A stretch of DNA of 64,000 nt from Felis catus (taxonomy: Eukaryota), in contig NC_058368.1 of NCBI RefSeq assembly GCF_018350175.1, forward strand, positions 21,764,001 to 21,828,000. The letters run 5' to 3'. The position numbers and the translations under genes were made by a program. Under the pieces are notes generated by a model. It saw only the letters and a list, made by a program, of their open reading frames with translations. It was not told the DNA's origin and did not search any database. This document shows positions 41,384 to 55,062 of the stretch, one piece after another (the first letter of the stretch is position 1; each line of letters opens with the position of its first letter).

Positions 41384-42917
41384 CATACTGCCATTACATT
41401 TGAGACATTAATATAGTAAGAAATATAGAGTGCCTTCTAAAAGCCCCTCAAGGTATCTTTCTAAGTAATTCGTTATATGAACTTGTCATTAATTCAAGAT
41501 TAGCAAACGCTGGACACAAAATATCATCCTGGGTTCTTAAAGATTCTAAGATAAGACAACATCCCAGACGCTAAAGATGTCTGATCCAATGAGGACGGGA
41601 GATCCATAACCAGCAGACAGTTGACTATAGAAGCACAAACTTAGGAACACAGGAGATTGAGAAATTCGTCGCTAAGAGGTTTGGGAAGATTTCTTGGAGA
41701 GGAAGGATTTGAGCTGGCATTTGAAAAAGTAATAGAACTTAAACAGGTAGATATAAAAGGGAGAAATTTTGTTAAACACTCATAGGTCCCTGCTTGTTAT
41801 AGATTGCCAGATCCCCATCTTGTTCTTACTCACAGAGTTGCTTCTGAGGAAAGGTCCTGGACCTAATGCCAGAGTCTGTGTTTTACTAATGCTCCAGTTA
41901 AAGAGATTGTGACTGGAAGTCATGTCTAGTTTTAGGATGAGATCCACAATCTAATTTTAGGAGGTCCTTTATCTTACAGATAGATGGACTGAGCCCTATA
42001 GAGGGTCAAATTCAGCCCAGACTTATTGCTCCCACTGGCCAGACCAGTGGCTGTATTTTATCTAGAAAGTCCCCAGGCCAAGCCAGGGAAGTGGTGTGGA
42101 TTTCCTGCTATGTTTCTGCTAAAAAAAAAAAAAAAAAAAAAAAAATTGGTGAAAATAAAGTGTTTCAAAGTGGATGGGGAGTACTTCTTATTTTTAAATA
42201 TTGCTGTTTATCTCCTATGTAATTTTTTAAAATCTCCTTTAAAGAATATAATGTTTACATATACTCTGAGGTAAACCCCATTTACCAAGTAAGTAACATA
42301 ACAAAACAAACCAACTTTAAAGCTTCTGTTTGGCAGGGATTAGCATGGGTAAGAAAATGGAAGATATTAATGAGATGGGGAGAAAATCAGATTTCTTCTC
42401 TCAGTCAGAGAAAAGAAAGGCAATTACAAACTGTAATGTAAACAAAAATATAAGAAAGTCAGGGCCCAAATACGTAGCAAACTAAAATATAGCATGATTT
42501 TGAGAAATTTGTGAGTGTAATAAGGGATATTCCAGCTGCCACATTCTTCTTAAATGACAAGTCAAAATACTCAATCTGGAGAGAGAGAAGTTGCAGCCCT
42601 TTGCAGTGAATGATGTTTACATAATCACCATGTTGTAAATGCTGTTGATTTTCAGCCTTTAGAATCTACATATAAATAAAATAGGAAGACAAACAACGTT
42701 TACAGAACAAGAATGGAAATGTAATCAATCTCAGCAATGTACAAAGTAGACAAGAGTGGGGCACTGGAAATGGGGAAGAAAAGAAGAAAGCATGGTGGGG
42801 GCTAGCATTCTCCTCCCAGATGCTGTGCAACACTGATGAGTAAGTTGAGGTTTTAAGTTTACTACTTAAGTTACAAATTTGGGTAACGGAAGAATTAAAG
42901 AGAATAATATAGCTATT

Positions 42918-43485
42918 TGAAAGGTTTAGGACATGCCACTCTAAGCTATGCCACTTTGGCATATTGATTATTTTGAGTGGAAGGCAATTGGAAAGTAGCA
43001 GATGTGGGAAGGCTTTCTACCTTAGGCTTTCTGGCCTCCTCCTTTCTACCTAAAATCAGATCGTTAAATTTCCCATGAGAAAGGTGCCCTCCCTGTACCA
43101 GGAAGAGAAGAATGTTCTTATCACCAGAGACTGGGAGTCAATGCTGAAATGGGCCTCTACAAACAAACCTACTAAAATAACCCTTATCTTCCATTAGTTT
43201 CCCTCATATATTTCTTAGTCACTTTCCCACAATTTACTGTCCCTAGTCCAAGCCCCTTTGTCTTGTCACATCTCCATAATTTATTGTTCTTTGTGTAAAA
43301 AAGTATGTAAACCTTTTGGCCTAATAGCTTCTTTGGGTCTTTGTTTTCCTTTTAAGGACTTCCATGTACATGTAAAAATATTAAATAAAATTTGCGTGCT
43401 TTCCTCCTGTTAGTCCATCATGTCAGTTAATTCTTAGGCCAGCTCCTGGGTCTAAGAGCGCAGAAGGAAGGTTTTCCACCCCTAT
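42918..43485 (+). mobile_element. ERV1 solo LTR (MER34-like)
   Basis: TGAAAGGTTTAGGACATGCCAC start; internal AATAAA; family assigned from memory. Confidence 0.6.
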
Positions 43486-43792
43486 GCTGTCCAAAAACCT
43501 GTAGAGTGTGGGGAAGCAGAGGGTAGACATCTATTAAATCATAGTTTTTCAGGATTGGCAGTTAATTGAGAATGTCTAAAGAAATAGCAGTGTCAAGTAT
43601 ATTGTGAGTTAGGACAATAATCCCCAGAACTAAATACAGAAGTGGCTCTAAATGGTAAACTCTGGGAAGCAGCACTATAAGTGAGCAGGGAATAGGGAGA
43701 GATACGATTTTAATGTCATATAAGCAGTTGCGTTGATAAAAAGAAATGGGAAAAAAAAGTTGTATTGACCAGCGATCAAATTTGTTCAAAGG

Positions 43793-44225
43793 AGGGACCC
43801 CTGGGTGGCTCAGTCGGTTAAGTGTCTGACTTCAGCCCAGGTCATGATCTCCTGGTTTGTGAGTTTGAACCCCACATCGGGCTCTGTGCTGACAGCATGG
43901 AGCCTGCTTCAGATCTCCTGCCTTGCTCTCTCTGCTCCTCCTCTGCTTGTGCTCTCTCTCTCAAAAATAAATAAACTTAAAAAAAATTTTTTTTGGGGCG
44001 CCTGGGTGGCGCAGTCGGTTAAGCGTCCGACTTCAGCCAGGTCACGATCTCGCGGTCCGCGAGTTTGAGCCCCGCGTCGGGCTCTGGGCTGATGGCTCAG
44101 AGCCTGGAGCCTGTTTCCAATTCTGTGTCTCCCTCTCTCTCTGCCCCTCCCCCGTTCATGCTCTGTCTCTCTCTGTCCCAAAAATAAATAAACGTTGAAA
44201 AAAAAATTAAAAAAAAATTTTTTTT
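43793..44225 (+). mobile_element. Nested CanSINEs: young copy (~43995-44215) in the tail of an older one
   Basis: Outer TSD AAATTTGTTCAAAGGAG at 43778-43794 and 44226-44242. Confidence 0.92.
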
Positions 44226-44370
44226 AAATTTGTTCAAAGGAGCAGCATGCCAGTCAGATTCCCCAGTGAATTCTAATTAGTTTTGAAATTTTAAGCAAAG
44301 AAACATTTCGGTGATAGAAAAATACTAAGTGTGATTGCAGGTATTTTATTACCTAAAATTTTAAATGTAT

Positions 44371-44612
44371 GGGGCGCCTGGGTGGCGCAGTCGGTTAAGC
44401 GTCCGACTTCAGCCAGGTCACGATCTCGCGGTCCGTGAGTTCGAGCCCCGCGTCAGGCTCTGGGCTGATGGCTCGGAGCCTGGAGCCTGTTTCCGGTTCT
44501 GTGTCTCCCTCTCTCTCTGCCCCTCCCCCGTTCATGCTCTGTCTCTCTCTGTCCCAAAAATAAATAAACGTTGAAAAAAAAAATTTAAAAAAAAAAATAA
44601 ATAAATAAATAA
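44371..44612 (+). mobile_element. Very young SINEC_Fc-type element
   Basis: CpGs intact; near-identical to 43995-44215; TSD-like AAATGTA. Confidence 0.93.
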
Positions 44613-45148
44613 AATGTAGCCTGTAAGTGTTTTAATTTTCCTAAATTTGCCCTATGTGCAGGAAAAAGAATTATTTCAGGTCTGATACAGATAGGTGAAT
44701 ACCACTTTTGTTAAGAGAGATCTTGGATTTTTGTTTTTGTTTTTTTTTTTTTTGAGACAAGACAAAATGAACTGCTGTGAGGTACCTCTCAAAGGTACAA
44801 AATTTTTGGAATCATCCAGAATTTAGCCTGTTTAATATAACATTTAAGCTCTTTCCTTGTGCAAAATTTTCAATTTATTTTTTCCCATAAGAACACACCT
44901 CTAAATTTATAATGCCAATCATTGAAAAACAGCATTTATTATATAAACATTCCCTCTGTCTGCAAGGCCTGGGCATCAGTCTCTAGGATCACACCCCACT
45001 GGCTTGTGTAGGTGCTTGCAGGTACATGTTCAGAGGGAGCAGACCAGGAGGTGGGCTCCTGGGGACGTGGCCATGTGAAGCCATGTATCTCCGGTGCCAT
45101 CCTGTGGTTGTGATGCTGAATTAGAGCATGTTTTCATTTTCTCTCCAG

Positions 45149-45218
45149 GAAGGCCCTTTTGTCTACTTGTCTTTCGTAGGAAACATCGCAGATTCCGAAG
45201 GCTTGATTGCTTCATTGT
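45149..45218 (+). CDS. EBPL: EBPL coding exon 2
   Basis: ctccag acceptor and gtgagt donor; 70 nt; EGPFVYLSFVGNIADSEGLIASL(W). Confidence 0.95.
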
Positions 45219-46622
45219 GTGAGTAATTTAAAATGTTTGCATTTGAAACGTTTGAGGAGATTAATTGCAAGTGTGGCTGTCCATTAAATGAGTACCTGTA
45301 GCACAAATTGTATGATTTCATTTATGTGAAATGTCCAGAATAGGTGAATCTAAAGACACAGATTATAGGTTGGTGGTTGCCTAGAACCATGTGGAGAAGG
45401 GGTGCCAGAGGAGGGGGGTGAAGAATGAATGACTGATAATGGGTATGGGTTTCTTTGCGGGGGGGAGGGGTTAATGAAATGTTTGAAAATTTTCATTGTG
45501 ATGATTCAAATCTGTGAGTGTACCGAAACCCATTGAATTGGACACTTTAAATGGGTGCCTTGTATGACACGTGAATTGTATCTCAATAAAGCTGTATACT
45601 AAAAAATATTCTTAGTGCAGATTGAAGAGTTTGCAGTATTTAAACTGGGTGTTTCCCATACTTTTAATATCCGCTCTCAGTTTATTATATATATGTGTCT
45701 GTAGTCTTGTAGATAATTTCCAAAACTCCTGCTGCTCTGCAGGGCTATTAACTGGTTTTCCCTATCTTCTTCATGCTTACTGTAAATCAATTGACGTTCC
45801 ATCAGTTAGTATCGACTTCCTCTCATGTACTGTGTCAATTCTGACAAGTGAGCCGTGTAACAACAGAGTCCTTTGCCACTATTACAGAACTGCCTTGTGC
45901 AAGGTAACTTCTTTCAGATTTTGCTTCTGAAATTCTGCGTCATTTATCTCATCTCTTCCATGATTCTGAAATCAGATCCTCCAGCCAGGATCTGTGTTGG
46001 GACTCCGGTTCATCACTTGTGTTAGGAAACTTCTGGAGAATTGAGAGAGCTATAGTTAGTGCTTCTCAAAGCAAACCATGTGTCATCTTTGATGCCTGCC
46101 AGGTCCTAGCCAATGGTAGCTCAGGGAGCCTGATCCCCACTTTAGGAGTGAAATGCTGCTTGTGCACCTTTGTGTGTGTAATGTGATGAGTTGGCCAGAT
46201 TAAACTGTGCTTGGGAATTGCCTGGGAGGCCCGAAGGCTGAAAGACCCCAGCCTAAGTCATTGTCCTCCACCCTGGCTGCCTGGCCTGGCATCAGAGCGA
46301 GTGAACAGCCCAGATTTGACTTAGTCCCATGAAATGCAAATGTCTAACATGATTTTTATCAGTCATCTTCAGTGTACATTTTTTGCCTTAAAAAAAGAGA
46401 AAGCCCGTTTAATGGTGGGGTCCTTTATTCTTGAGAAAAGGAAAATTCAATAGATTAAAGTAGTACTTCTCAGACTTCAAAGTGCACCAGATTGCCTTGG
46501 GCTCTTGTTAAAATACAGATTCTGATTCAGAGGGTCTAGGGTAAGGCCTTCCAGATGTGGATCAGTAGACTATGCTTAGATTCACAAGGATGTAGAGCTG
46601 GCTTATAAGCATTATGTGGACC

Positions 46623-47227
46623 CTGTTAAAGGAGAATTATTCATGCCACTGGTTAAAGATGATAAAGAAGAATTTATTTAGGAAGTACTACTACAGTGGG
46701 GGCTTGTAGCAGGGGAGAAAGATCGGGCTCAACTCCAAATACAGCAAGGAAGGTGGACCTTTTTTTTAATGTTTATTTATTTTTGGAAGAGACAGAGACA
46801 GAGTGTGAGTGGGGCAGGGGCAGAGAGAGAGGGAGACAATCTGGAGCAGGCTCCAGGCTCTGAGCAAGCTGTCAGCACAGAGCCTGACTCAGGGTTCGAA
46901 CTCACAAACTGTGAGATCATGACCTGAGCTGAAGTTGGACACCCAAACAACTGAGCCACCCAGGCGCCCCAGGAAGAAGCAGGTGGGGTCAGTGGATGGA
47001 AAATTACTAAGAAGAAACATTGAGGTTTGGAGGGTTCTTAATAGACTGACTGAACAGGATTCTTGCTGCAGGCAGGCCAGGGGGATATGACATACAGGGT
47101 GTGGATGAGGAATTTGATCAGTTATCAAGAGTGATCAAGTATCTGCACCCCCATGTTCACGGTAGCATTATTCACAGTGGCAAAGGCATGGAAACAACCT
47201 AAGTATCCATTGATGAATGAATGGATA

Positions 47228-47272
<45 letters not shown>

Positions 47273-47986
47273 CACGTGTGCATGCAGTGGAATACTATTT
47301 AGCCATAAAAAATCAAGAAATTCTGCCATTGTGACAACATGGTTGTACCTTGAGGGCATTGTGCTAAGTGAAACAAGCCAGACAGAGAAAGACAAATACT
47401 ATATGATCTCACTTATATGTGGAATCCTAATTTAAAAAAAGGCAAAAACAAAACTGAAACTCATAGAAAAAGAGATCAGATTTGTGGGGTGTGGAGATTG
47501 AGGGAATTGGATAAAGGTGATTAAGAAGTGCAAACCTCTTGTTACAAGATAGAGGAGTACTGAGGATGTAACGTACCACATAATAACTCTAGTTACCACT
47601 GCGATAAGTTTTCAAGAGAGTGGATCCAAAGAGCTCTCATCATCAGAAAGAAAGCACCTCTTTTTCTTATTTTTTTTGTACCTCTGTAAAGTAATGGATG
47701 TTCACTAAACTCATTGCAGTCATTTCACAACAGATGTAAACCAAGTCAATGTGTTGCACACCTTATACCTACCCAGTGCTGCTTGTCAGTTACATCTCAA
47801 CAAAACTGGTGGTGGGGGAAGCGAGCAGATACCAAGAAAGGGGGATTTTTGCTGTCGTGACCTAGTAGGATTCTTGGCTAAAACTGGACTAAGCGAGCCA
47901 AGGACAGAGCCCTGGACGGGGGCCTTGTTGAGGAGAGGGCTCAGAGGACCCCGACTCAAACTTGGCCAAGAAGACAGTCTTTGTCA
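46623..47986 (-). mobile_element. MER31-like ERV1 solo LTR split by a SINE (~46760-46970) and an L1 fragment (~47140-47810)
   Basis: Minus strand starts TGACAAAGACTGTCTTCTTGGCCAAGTTTGAGTC, resembling MER31. Confidence 0.65.
47231..47268. repeat. (TG)n microsatellite
   Basis: Directly visible. Confidence 0.95.
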
Positions 47987-48303
47987 CTCCTCACCCTCTC
48001 CTAATCACTCTGGGGTGAAGGGCCCAGCTGTGGCTCAGGGACTGGGATCGTACTCCAGCCCCAGCGTGTCTTTCCCTCTAAACTTCTGCCTGAGCCTGGC
48101 AGTCAGTCACAGAATAAATGACACTAATCACATCATCAGGCTTACTAACACTCTGTTTGCCCTTTTGCTATCTAGGTGTTTAACCAGCAGAAAAAATGAC
48201 CAGAGTTAGGTGGCATAGGAGGAGATGCCAGAGGCTTGATGCGCTGGGACCACCTTCCTCTCCAGCAGTGACCCCGGGCCCCATCCACGCGCGTGCGGGC
48301 ATG

Positions 48304-48306
<3 letters not shown>

Positions 48307-48363
<57 letters not shown>
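48307..48363. repeat. (AC)n microsatellite, ~28 units
   Basis: Directly visible. Confidence 0.95.
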
Positions 48364-48365
<2 letters not shown>

Positions 48366-48497
48366 CTCCTTCAGCTCTGCTGACCTAAATGTGATTTCAG
48401 ACACACCGTGTTCCCTCCGTTCCAGGCCTTTGTGGCGCGCGTGCTCCTCCCTGAAGCACCCTCTCCTTCACCCAGTTCATGGGTTACCTCTTGTGGT

Positions 48498-49011
48498 GTA
48501 AGGCCCGAGATTAAAATCCGTTATTATGTGTGCTTTGACATCTGATAAAATCTGGAGGGACTCACATGGCCTAACCATAAGAGGAACCCCACTCTGCTTC
48601 CTCATGTGAGGTCCTCTAGCCAAGCGACCCTCCTTGTCACAGGGACCAGGCATGGTGCCTACGGGTCCCTGAGGAGCAAGTGGGCTTCAGTTACTTGCCA
48701 GCCCCCCAAATTATTGGAGGAAGCCAATCCCATCTTGCCTCAGGAACCAGGGGCCACCCCATTGTCGTTACTGCAGAGCTGGCTCCTGTGGCCCCTCCTA
48801 GTTCACTCCGTCTCTAAGTGCACCCCCCACCCCACCCCGTGCAGCCCTGTGTGGTGCAGTGTCATCTCTCCCCAGGCTGTGAGTGTGTGTGACCAGTAAA
48901 TTGCCATCAACCTCATCTATCCAGTGCCACCTGTCTTGTGTGGCCATCCCTATAACCCGAGGGTGGGACTCCTTCCCTCACCAACAGGGGGAAGAGGAAG
49001 TGATCAAAACA
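48498..49011. mobile_element. Probable ERV solo LTR (family not assigned)
   Basis: TG...CA ends, ~510 bp, AGTAAA PAS-like site, LTR-like composition. Confidence 0.5.
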
Positions 49012-49739
49012 CCTCACCTCCCTCATCTGGCTTAAAGTGTCACTTCCTCCATGTCCCATGCTCAGTTGCCATCACTTATGACAGGGTCCAACCTCATGGA
49101 ACGGGAGCTCCCAGCGGGCCACCTGTGCCCTAGGCCCTAGCTGATGCTACATTCCCCAGGCCCAGCACAGAACCTTCCATATGCTCCAGAAGATTTGTTC
49201 AATTAAAGAATGAATGAATGGTGTTATTTTTGAGTGTCTAAACAACTACTAATCTCTTAGCTCCTAAAGCACTGACATTTTCCTTAAGTGACACTTCCTT
49301 AGACTTGGGGTGCACTAGAGGGAACACTTCAGGTATTGTGTATGTGTTTAGATTTACAGGAAAAGCTTCCTTTCACTAGTATGTTGTTTTTCAGTTCATT
49401 CCTGGGCTGGCGGTCGGCTAAGGACTAGCAGGAGAGCTCTGCCTGTCCTGCTGGCCCTGTCTGGCCTTTCAGAGTCTCTGCTCAGCTTGTGTCTGTGTGT
49501 TATCTCATTAAATGACTAATCCTGTTTATTGGCCTTTCTTTCTGCCGAGACAGCCTTTCATTAGAACCTGTTGTCCCTAGCCCTGAGGGATCCTACCTTG
49601 GGCCATTAATAGAGACTAGAGCTTTGTCCTGCTGCTTCACCAATCCCGATTATGTAGCTAATATTTGATGATTCATACCCTGTCTAAATAATGTGAGAAT
49701 AATATTGAAAGGAGAGAAGAGGTGAGACTTTCATTTAAA

Positions 49740-49939
49740 AAAAATTTTTTAATGTTTATTTTTGAGAGAGAGAGACAGAGTGTGAGCTGGGGAAGAGGCA
49801 GAGAGAATCCAAAGCAGGCTCCAGGTTCTGAGCTGTCAGCACAGAGCCTGATGTAGGACTCGAACCCACCAACTGTGGGATTGGATCATGACCTGAGCTG
49901 ATGTCAGACGCTTAACCAGCTGAGCCACCCAGGTGCCCC
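49740..49939 (-). mobile_element. CanSINE
   Basis: Reverse-complement SINEC; TSD GAGACTTT. Confidence 0.9.
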
Positions 49940-50797
49940 GAGACTTTGATTTTTTTTACTCTGATCATTTGAGATCTTAGGACTGGCATGTATTAGTTTG
50001 ATAAATTAAAAAAAGGGAAGAGGGAGAGAGGGAAGGAGGGAGAGGGAAATAGAGAGGAAGGAAGGAAGGGTGGGTTGGCTCTCCCAGTGCATGGCTCTCA
50101 GTCCTGCTCTAAAAAGACTTTCTCACCTCATTCTTTCTAGAAGAAACAATCCTGATAATGGGGTCTGGAAAGATCTTTTAGGGCATGCCCACTCCCTGGT
50201 GAACACATTTGAGGCCTTTGTGGTGGCTGTTGTTAGTGACTCCTGTCTGGACTAAAACATCCCCTTTGTCCATGTGGGATTCATTCTCTGTGTCATTACC
50301 ATTCCACCCTCCTTCCCCCGAACTTCCCCACTGCCAGTACAGGGCTCAATTTCTCTTCAATTATTAATAAACACATGTTTTTTTAATAAACATTTCCTTA
50401 ATAATAATTTTCCCACATCTAGATTATACCTACAGACTTTATATGGGAATTTTGAAGTAAGGAACTGTAACACAGTTAACAAGCTAATTATTAGAGATGG
50501 TCTTTTCAAAATCTGGCTGTGTTGAATTAATTCAGAATTCTGTTGCTTATAATAATGATAGCAGGGGTGAAAAGGGCACATGTATGCAAGCACTTTGGGA
50601 ACGAAATCCTTTTACAAATATACCAAGATATTGTTATTAGTACTTGTGCGGTAAATGCGTTTCAGCCTCCGTTCTCCTCTTGCCTTCCTCTAAGGCATTA
50701 TGGGCAGCGTAGGGAGTGACAGTTTCTCTTTTTGTCTCCTCGTTAAGGGAAAAAAAGGTCATTTTCACTGACTGTCATAAAAATAGTTGCCAGATGA

Positions 50798-50962
<165 letters not shown>

Positions 50963-51296
50963 TAAGTGCTCTTCTCCTGGCCTGCTGAAGAGAGGAGAAA
51001 CATTAGCTGTCTCGATGCCTACATGGCATTTGGAGTAGATTAGGACCACATTCATTTGTTAGATTAGAAATGAAAATTGTTCAATATTAGATAGGAAGCG
51101 TGGTGCCACCAGGATAATTTCAGATGATTCAAAATAAAAACGATAGGAAATAGGATTGTAGGGACCACCTAGTCATTCTACGAGGAAGGAAGTGTGAAGA
51201 GCATTGGATGATTTTTCACCAATATTTTGGAAAGTAAAGGGTAATGCCTCCAACCCTTTCCCAATCGCCCCCCAAATCTTGAAAACTCCTATTCCA

Positions 51297-51480
51297 GGGG
51301 CGCCTGGTTGGCTCAGTCGGTTGAGCATCCGACTTCAGCTCAGGTCATGATCTTGCCATTCGTGAGCTTGGGCCGCATCCAGAATCCACTTCAGATCTTC
51401 TGTCCCTCCCCTCTTTCTCTGCCCCTCCCCCACTCGCACTGTCTCTCTCAAAAATAAAAAAACCTTTAAAAAAAAAAAAA
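51297..51480 (+). mobile_element. CanSINE with internal deletion
   Basis: TSD GAAAACTCCTATT. Confidence 0.88.
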
Positions 51481-52428
51481 GAAAACTCCTATTTCACTTT
51501 ACACCAAGTAAATTCTCTTAATTTGGAATTAGATATGCAGGACAAATCTTTTCAGAAACAGGTTGTGGAGGGTGTGAGGAAGGCAGGAGAGAGGAAAGGG
51601 AGGAGAAAGGTGGAAGATTAACCACTGTCAGTCAGACTCTGAGACTTTGAACTCTCTTCCCTCCCTCCTACCCTCTCCCTTCCTTTCCTTCTTTCAGACA
51701 AAGTGATGTAGGGCAAATAGGATGCTATCCTGGGGATGATTCCCAAAACAATGTCAAATAGGCATGATTGCATTCAACTTTTTAGTGTCTTGAATCAAAG
51801 AAGTATTTTTTAAAGCTTCGTCACAAAATTTCAGATTTGAGCAAAACCTCTAAGGTCATTTAGTCCACTTTCCTCCCACCCAATTTTACTTAGATAGTTG
51901 GCAGGAAAAATTAAATTTCTTCCTGGTGTCTTGATATATCTTTGTCTCTATGATCTTGGTTGTAGATTTACTACATGCACCCATTTGTTTAGTACTTGAA
52001 CCATCTATAATATCTGCATTGTTGAGTACTTACATATCCACGTATCTCATTTACTCTCCACCATATTCTTTGAGGAAGGAACTGTTATTACTCTCCCCTT
52101 TTACAGCCAGTAAAATTGTGGCTTGTAGCAAGATTCGCATCTAGGTCTCCCTTTGCTGGGTGAGACGTGACCTCCATAAATCTTCCTAAGAGTGGAACAG
52201 GATACCTGAGAGACTTTATTTAGCTCTGAGGATAATCTTCTAGGAAGGGCAGTATTGCTTCTCCAGAGAAAGCATGGATCTCCCATGAATTAGATTGACT
52301 TGCCCCATTGAAGGAGCACTGTGGGAAACCTGAGGTCCAACTTCAGAGAGGTCTTCTGCTGTGGAAGACGGTGTTAATGCTGCCATTTAAGAAAAGAGGT
52401 CAGGATTCAGGGTGACAGGCTGGGCTGA

Positions 52429-52707
<279 letters not shown>

Positions 52708-52892
52708 CTTTTCAAAATCACAAACACTGATTTCTTGCTTTATAAGCCAGAATGGATCAAACCTTCTTGTTTGGCCAAAATGTAATGCATTCCAGTGTAT
52801 ACTTTCCTTTTATAGTGTTGTTCCTCAACAGCTTATTTCAAATTGATTGCAAGGTGGCAAGTCTTTGTTTTTGTTTTTGTTTTTGTTTTTCA

Positions 52893-52898
52893 ATTAAA
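52893..52898 (+). terminator. Candidate EBPL poly(A) signal ATTAAA
   Basis: First PAS-like hexamer after the stop; alternatives are ATTAAA at 52990 and AATAAA at 53083. Confidence 0.45.
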
Positions 52899-53066
52899 TG
52901 ACAATATGGGGAACAGAGAGTAAATTTTAACTTGTAATGATAACATCTTTAATTATACACTTTTATGGCTCTATTAATTGTTCCACATTATTAAAGCCAA
53001 TTATCATAAAATGCTATAGAGCATATTATATTAATTTTTTATTCCAAGAACATATTGTTGCCTCAG

Positions 53067-53150
53067 CTTTTTTAAAAATGTAAATAAATCCAAGTTAGTT
53101 AACATATAGTGTAATAATAATTTCAGAAATAGAATTTAGTGACTCATCAC
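53067..53150 (-). mobile_element. Very short carnivore L1 3' terminal fragment with TSD
   Basis: CCAAGTTAGTTAACATATAGTGTAATA...AGTGACTCATCACTT resembles the antisense L1 3' end; TTGCCTCAG at 53058-53066 and 53151-53159. Confidence 0.65.
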
Positions 53151-53299
53151 TTGCCTCAGTTTTTAATCATCTCACTTATCTTTTGGTTACCAAAGTGAGA
53201 CCAGACATGAAATGAATGCTTCTATTTTACATTTGTCCTTTATCAAATTTGTGAAGCCAACAGATATGATAGTAGCAGAACCCTGTGAGTAGATTAGAA

Positions 53300-55062
53300 A
53301 TGGACCAAGTTTCACACAGACAGGTGACACAAAAGGATACAAAAAGCTGCAATAAGTTTGACTGCACTGAAAGTACTCTGTTCATCAAGTCACCACTAAG
53401 AGAGTAGAAAAGGAACCCAGAAGGTAGAAGGTATTTGCAGTACATATTACTGACAAAGGACCCATCCTGAATAAAGAACTCCTGTAAGTCGATTAGAAAG
53501 TCAAATCGAAAGTTAACAAAATATTTATGTTTTTTGTGGTTTTTTGTTTTTTAATTTTTTAAATATTTATTCATTTTTGAGAGAGCGAGACGGAGCTCAG
53601 GCGGGGGTGGGCAGAGAGAGAAGGAGACAGAATCCCAAGCAGGCTCCAGGCTCTGAGCTGTAAGCACAGAGCCGGACGCAGGGCTCGAACCCACGAGCCA
53701 TGAGACCATGACCTGAGCTGAAGTCAGACACTTAACCGACTGAGCCACCCAGGCATCCCTTAACAAAATATTTGAATAACTACTTCATGAAAGAGAATAT
53801 ACAGATGAGAATTTAGGAAACCACAATAAGGTGTTCCTCCACACCTATCAAAATGGTAAAAGTGGGGCACCTAGGTGGCTCAGTTGGTTAAGCATTCAAC
53901 TTCAGCTCAGGTCATGATCTCACAGTTTGTGGGTTCAAGCCCTGTGTCGGGCTCTGTGCATCAGGCTCTGTTCTGAGAGCTCAGAGCCTGGATCCTGCTT
54001 CAGATTCTGTCTCTCTCTCTCTTTCTCTCTCTCTCTCTGCCCTTCCCCCACTCATGCTCTTGTCTCTCTCTCAAAAATAAATAAACAAAATGCTAAAAGT
54101 AAAAAGACTGACAATGAGGAGTGTTGGTGACGAGGTGGAACAAGAACTCTCATGCAGCGCCGGTGGGAACGTAAAGTGGAAAACTGTTTAGAAATAACTA
54201 TTAAAACTGGACGTGTACGTGCTTAGAATCCAGTAATCTGACTCTTAGGTATATACCTCCCAGAAGTGCTTACTATATGCACCAGAATGGCAGCATTATT
54301 CATTTAATCGCCCCAAGCTGGAAACACCTTAAATGAATATATTGTAATACAGACACATGACAGACTAGAAACCAATGCAAATTAACAACTAGTGTTACGA
54401 AAATGCAGATGAATTTTACAATGATGAACAAAAAAAGCCAGACTAAAAGAATATGTATTGTATGATTTTGTTTATATAAGGTCCCAAACCAGGTAAAACT
54501 GTGGTGTTAGAAAACAGGATAGGCTCAGTCAGTTAAGCATCAGACTCTTGATTTCTGCTCAGGTCACAATCTCACGGTTCTGTGCTGACACCACAAGGAA
54601 CCTGCCTGGTATTCTCTGTGTCCCTCTACTAAGTAAACTTAAAACAAAAAAGAAAAAGGAAAAAGAAAACAGGATAAAGATTGCCCTTGGGGAAGACAGT
54701 TGGATGTACTGATAGGGAGAAGTCATGAGAGAATTTCTGAGATGTTGTTGGTCTATTTATTTTTCATTTGCATGGTGGTTGTAATCTGATCATTCAGCTG
54801 TACACTTACAAATGGTACACTTCTCTCTATATATGTTCTGCTTCGATTTTAAAAGTCTATATTTAGAAACTTTTTTTTTTATTTTAGAGAGAGACAGAAA
54901 CTATGAGTGGGGGAGAGGGACAGAAGGAGAGAGAGAGAATCTGAAGCAGGCTCCACGCTTGGTGCAAAGCCCGGTGTGGGGCTTAATCCCACGTTCTTGG
55001 TATCATGACCTGAGCTGAAATCAAGAGTCAGACACTCAACCGACTGAACCACCCAGGCACTC
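53300..55062. mobile_element. Old L1M fragments with four inserted SINEs (~53550-53759 minus, ~53863-54090 plus, ~54522-54660 plus and 5'-truncated, ~54870-55062 minus)
   Basis: Degenerate ORF2/3'UTR motifs; SINEC heads and tails. Confidence 0.7.
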
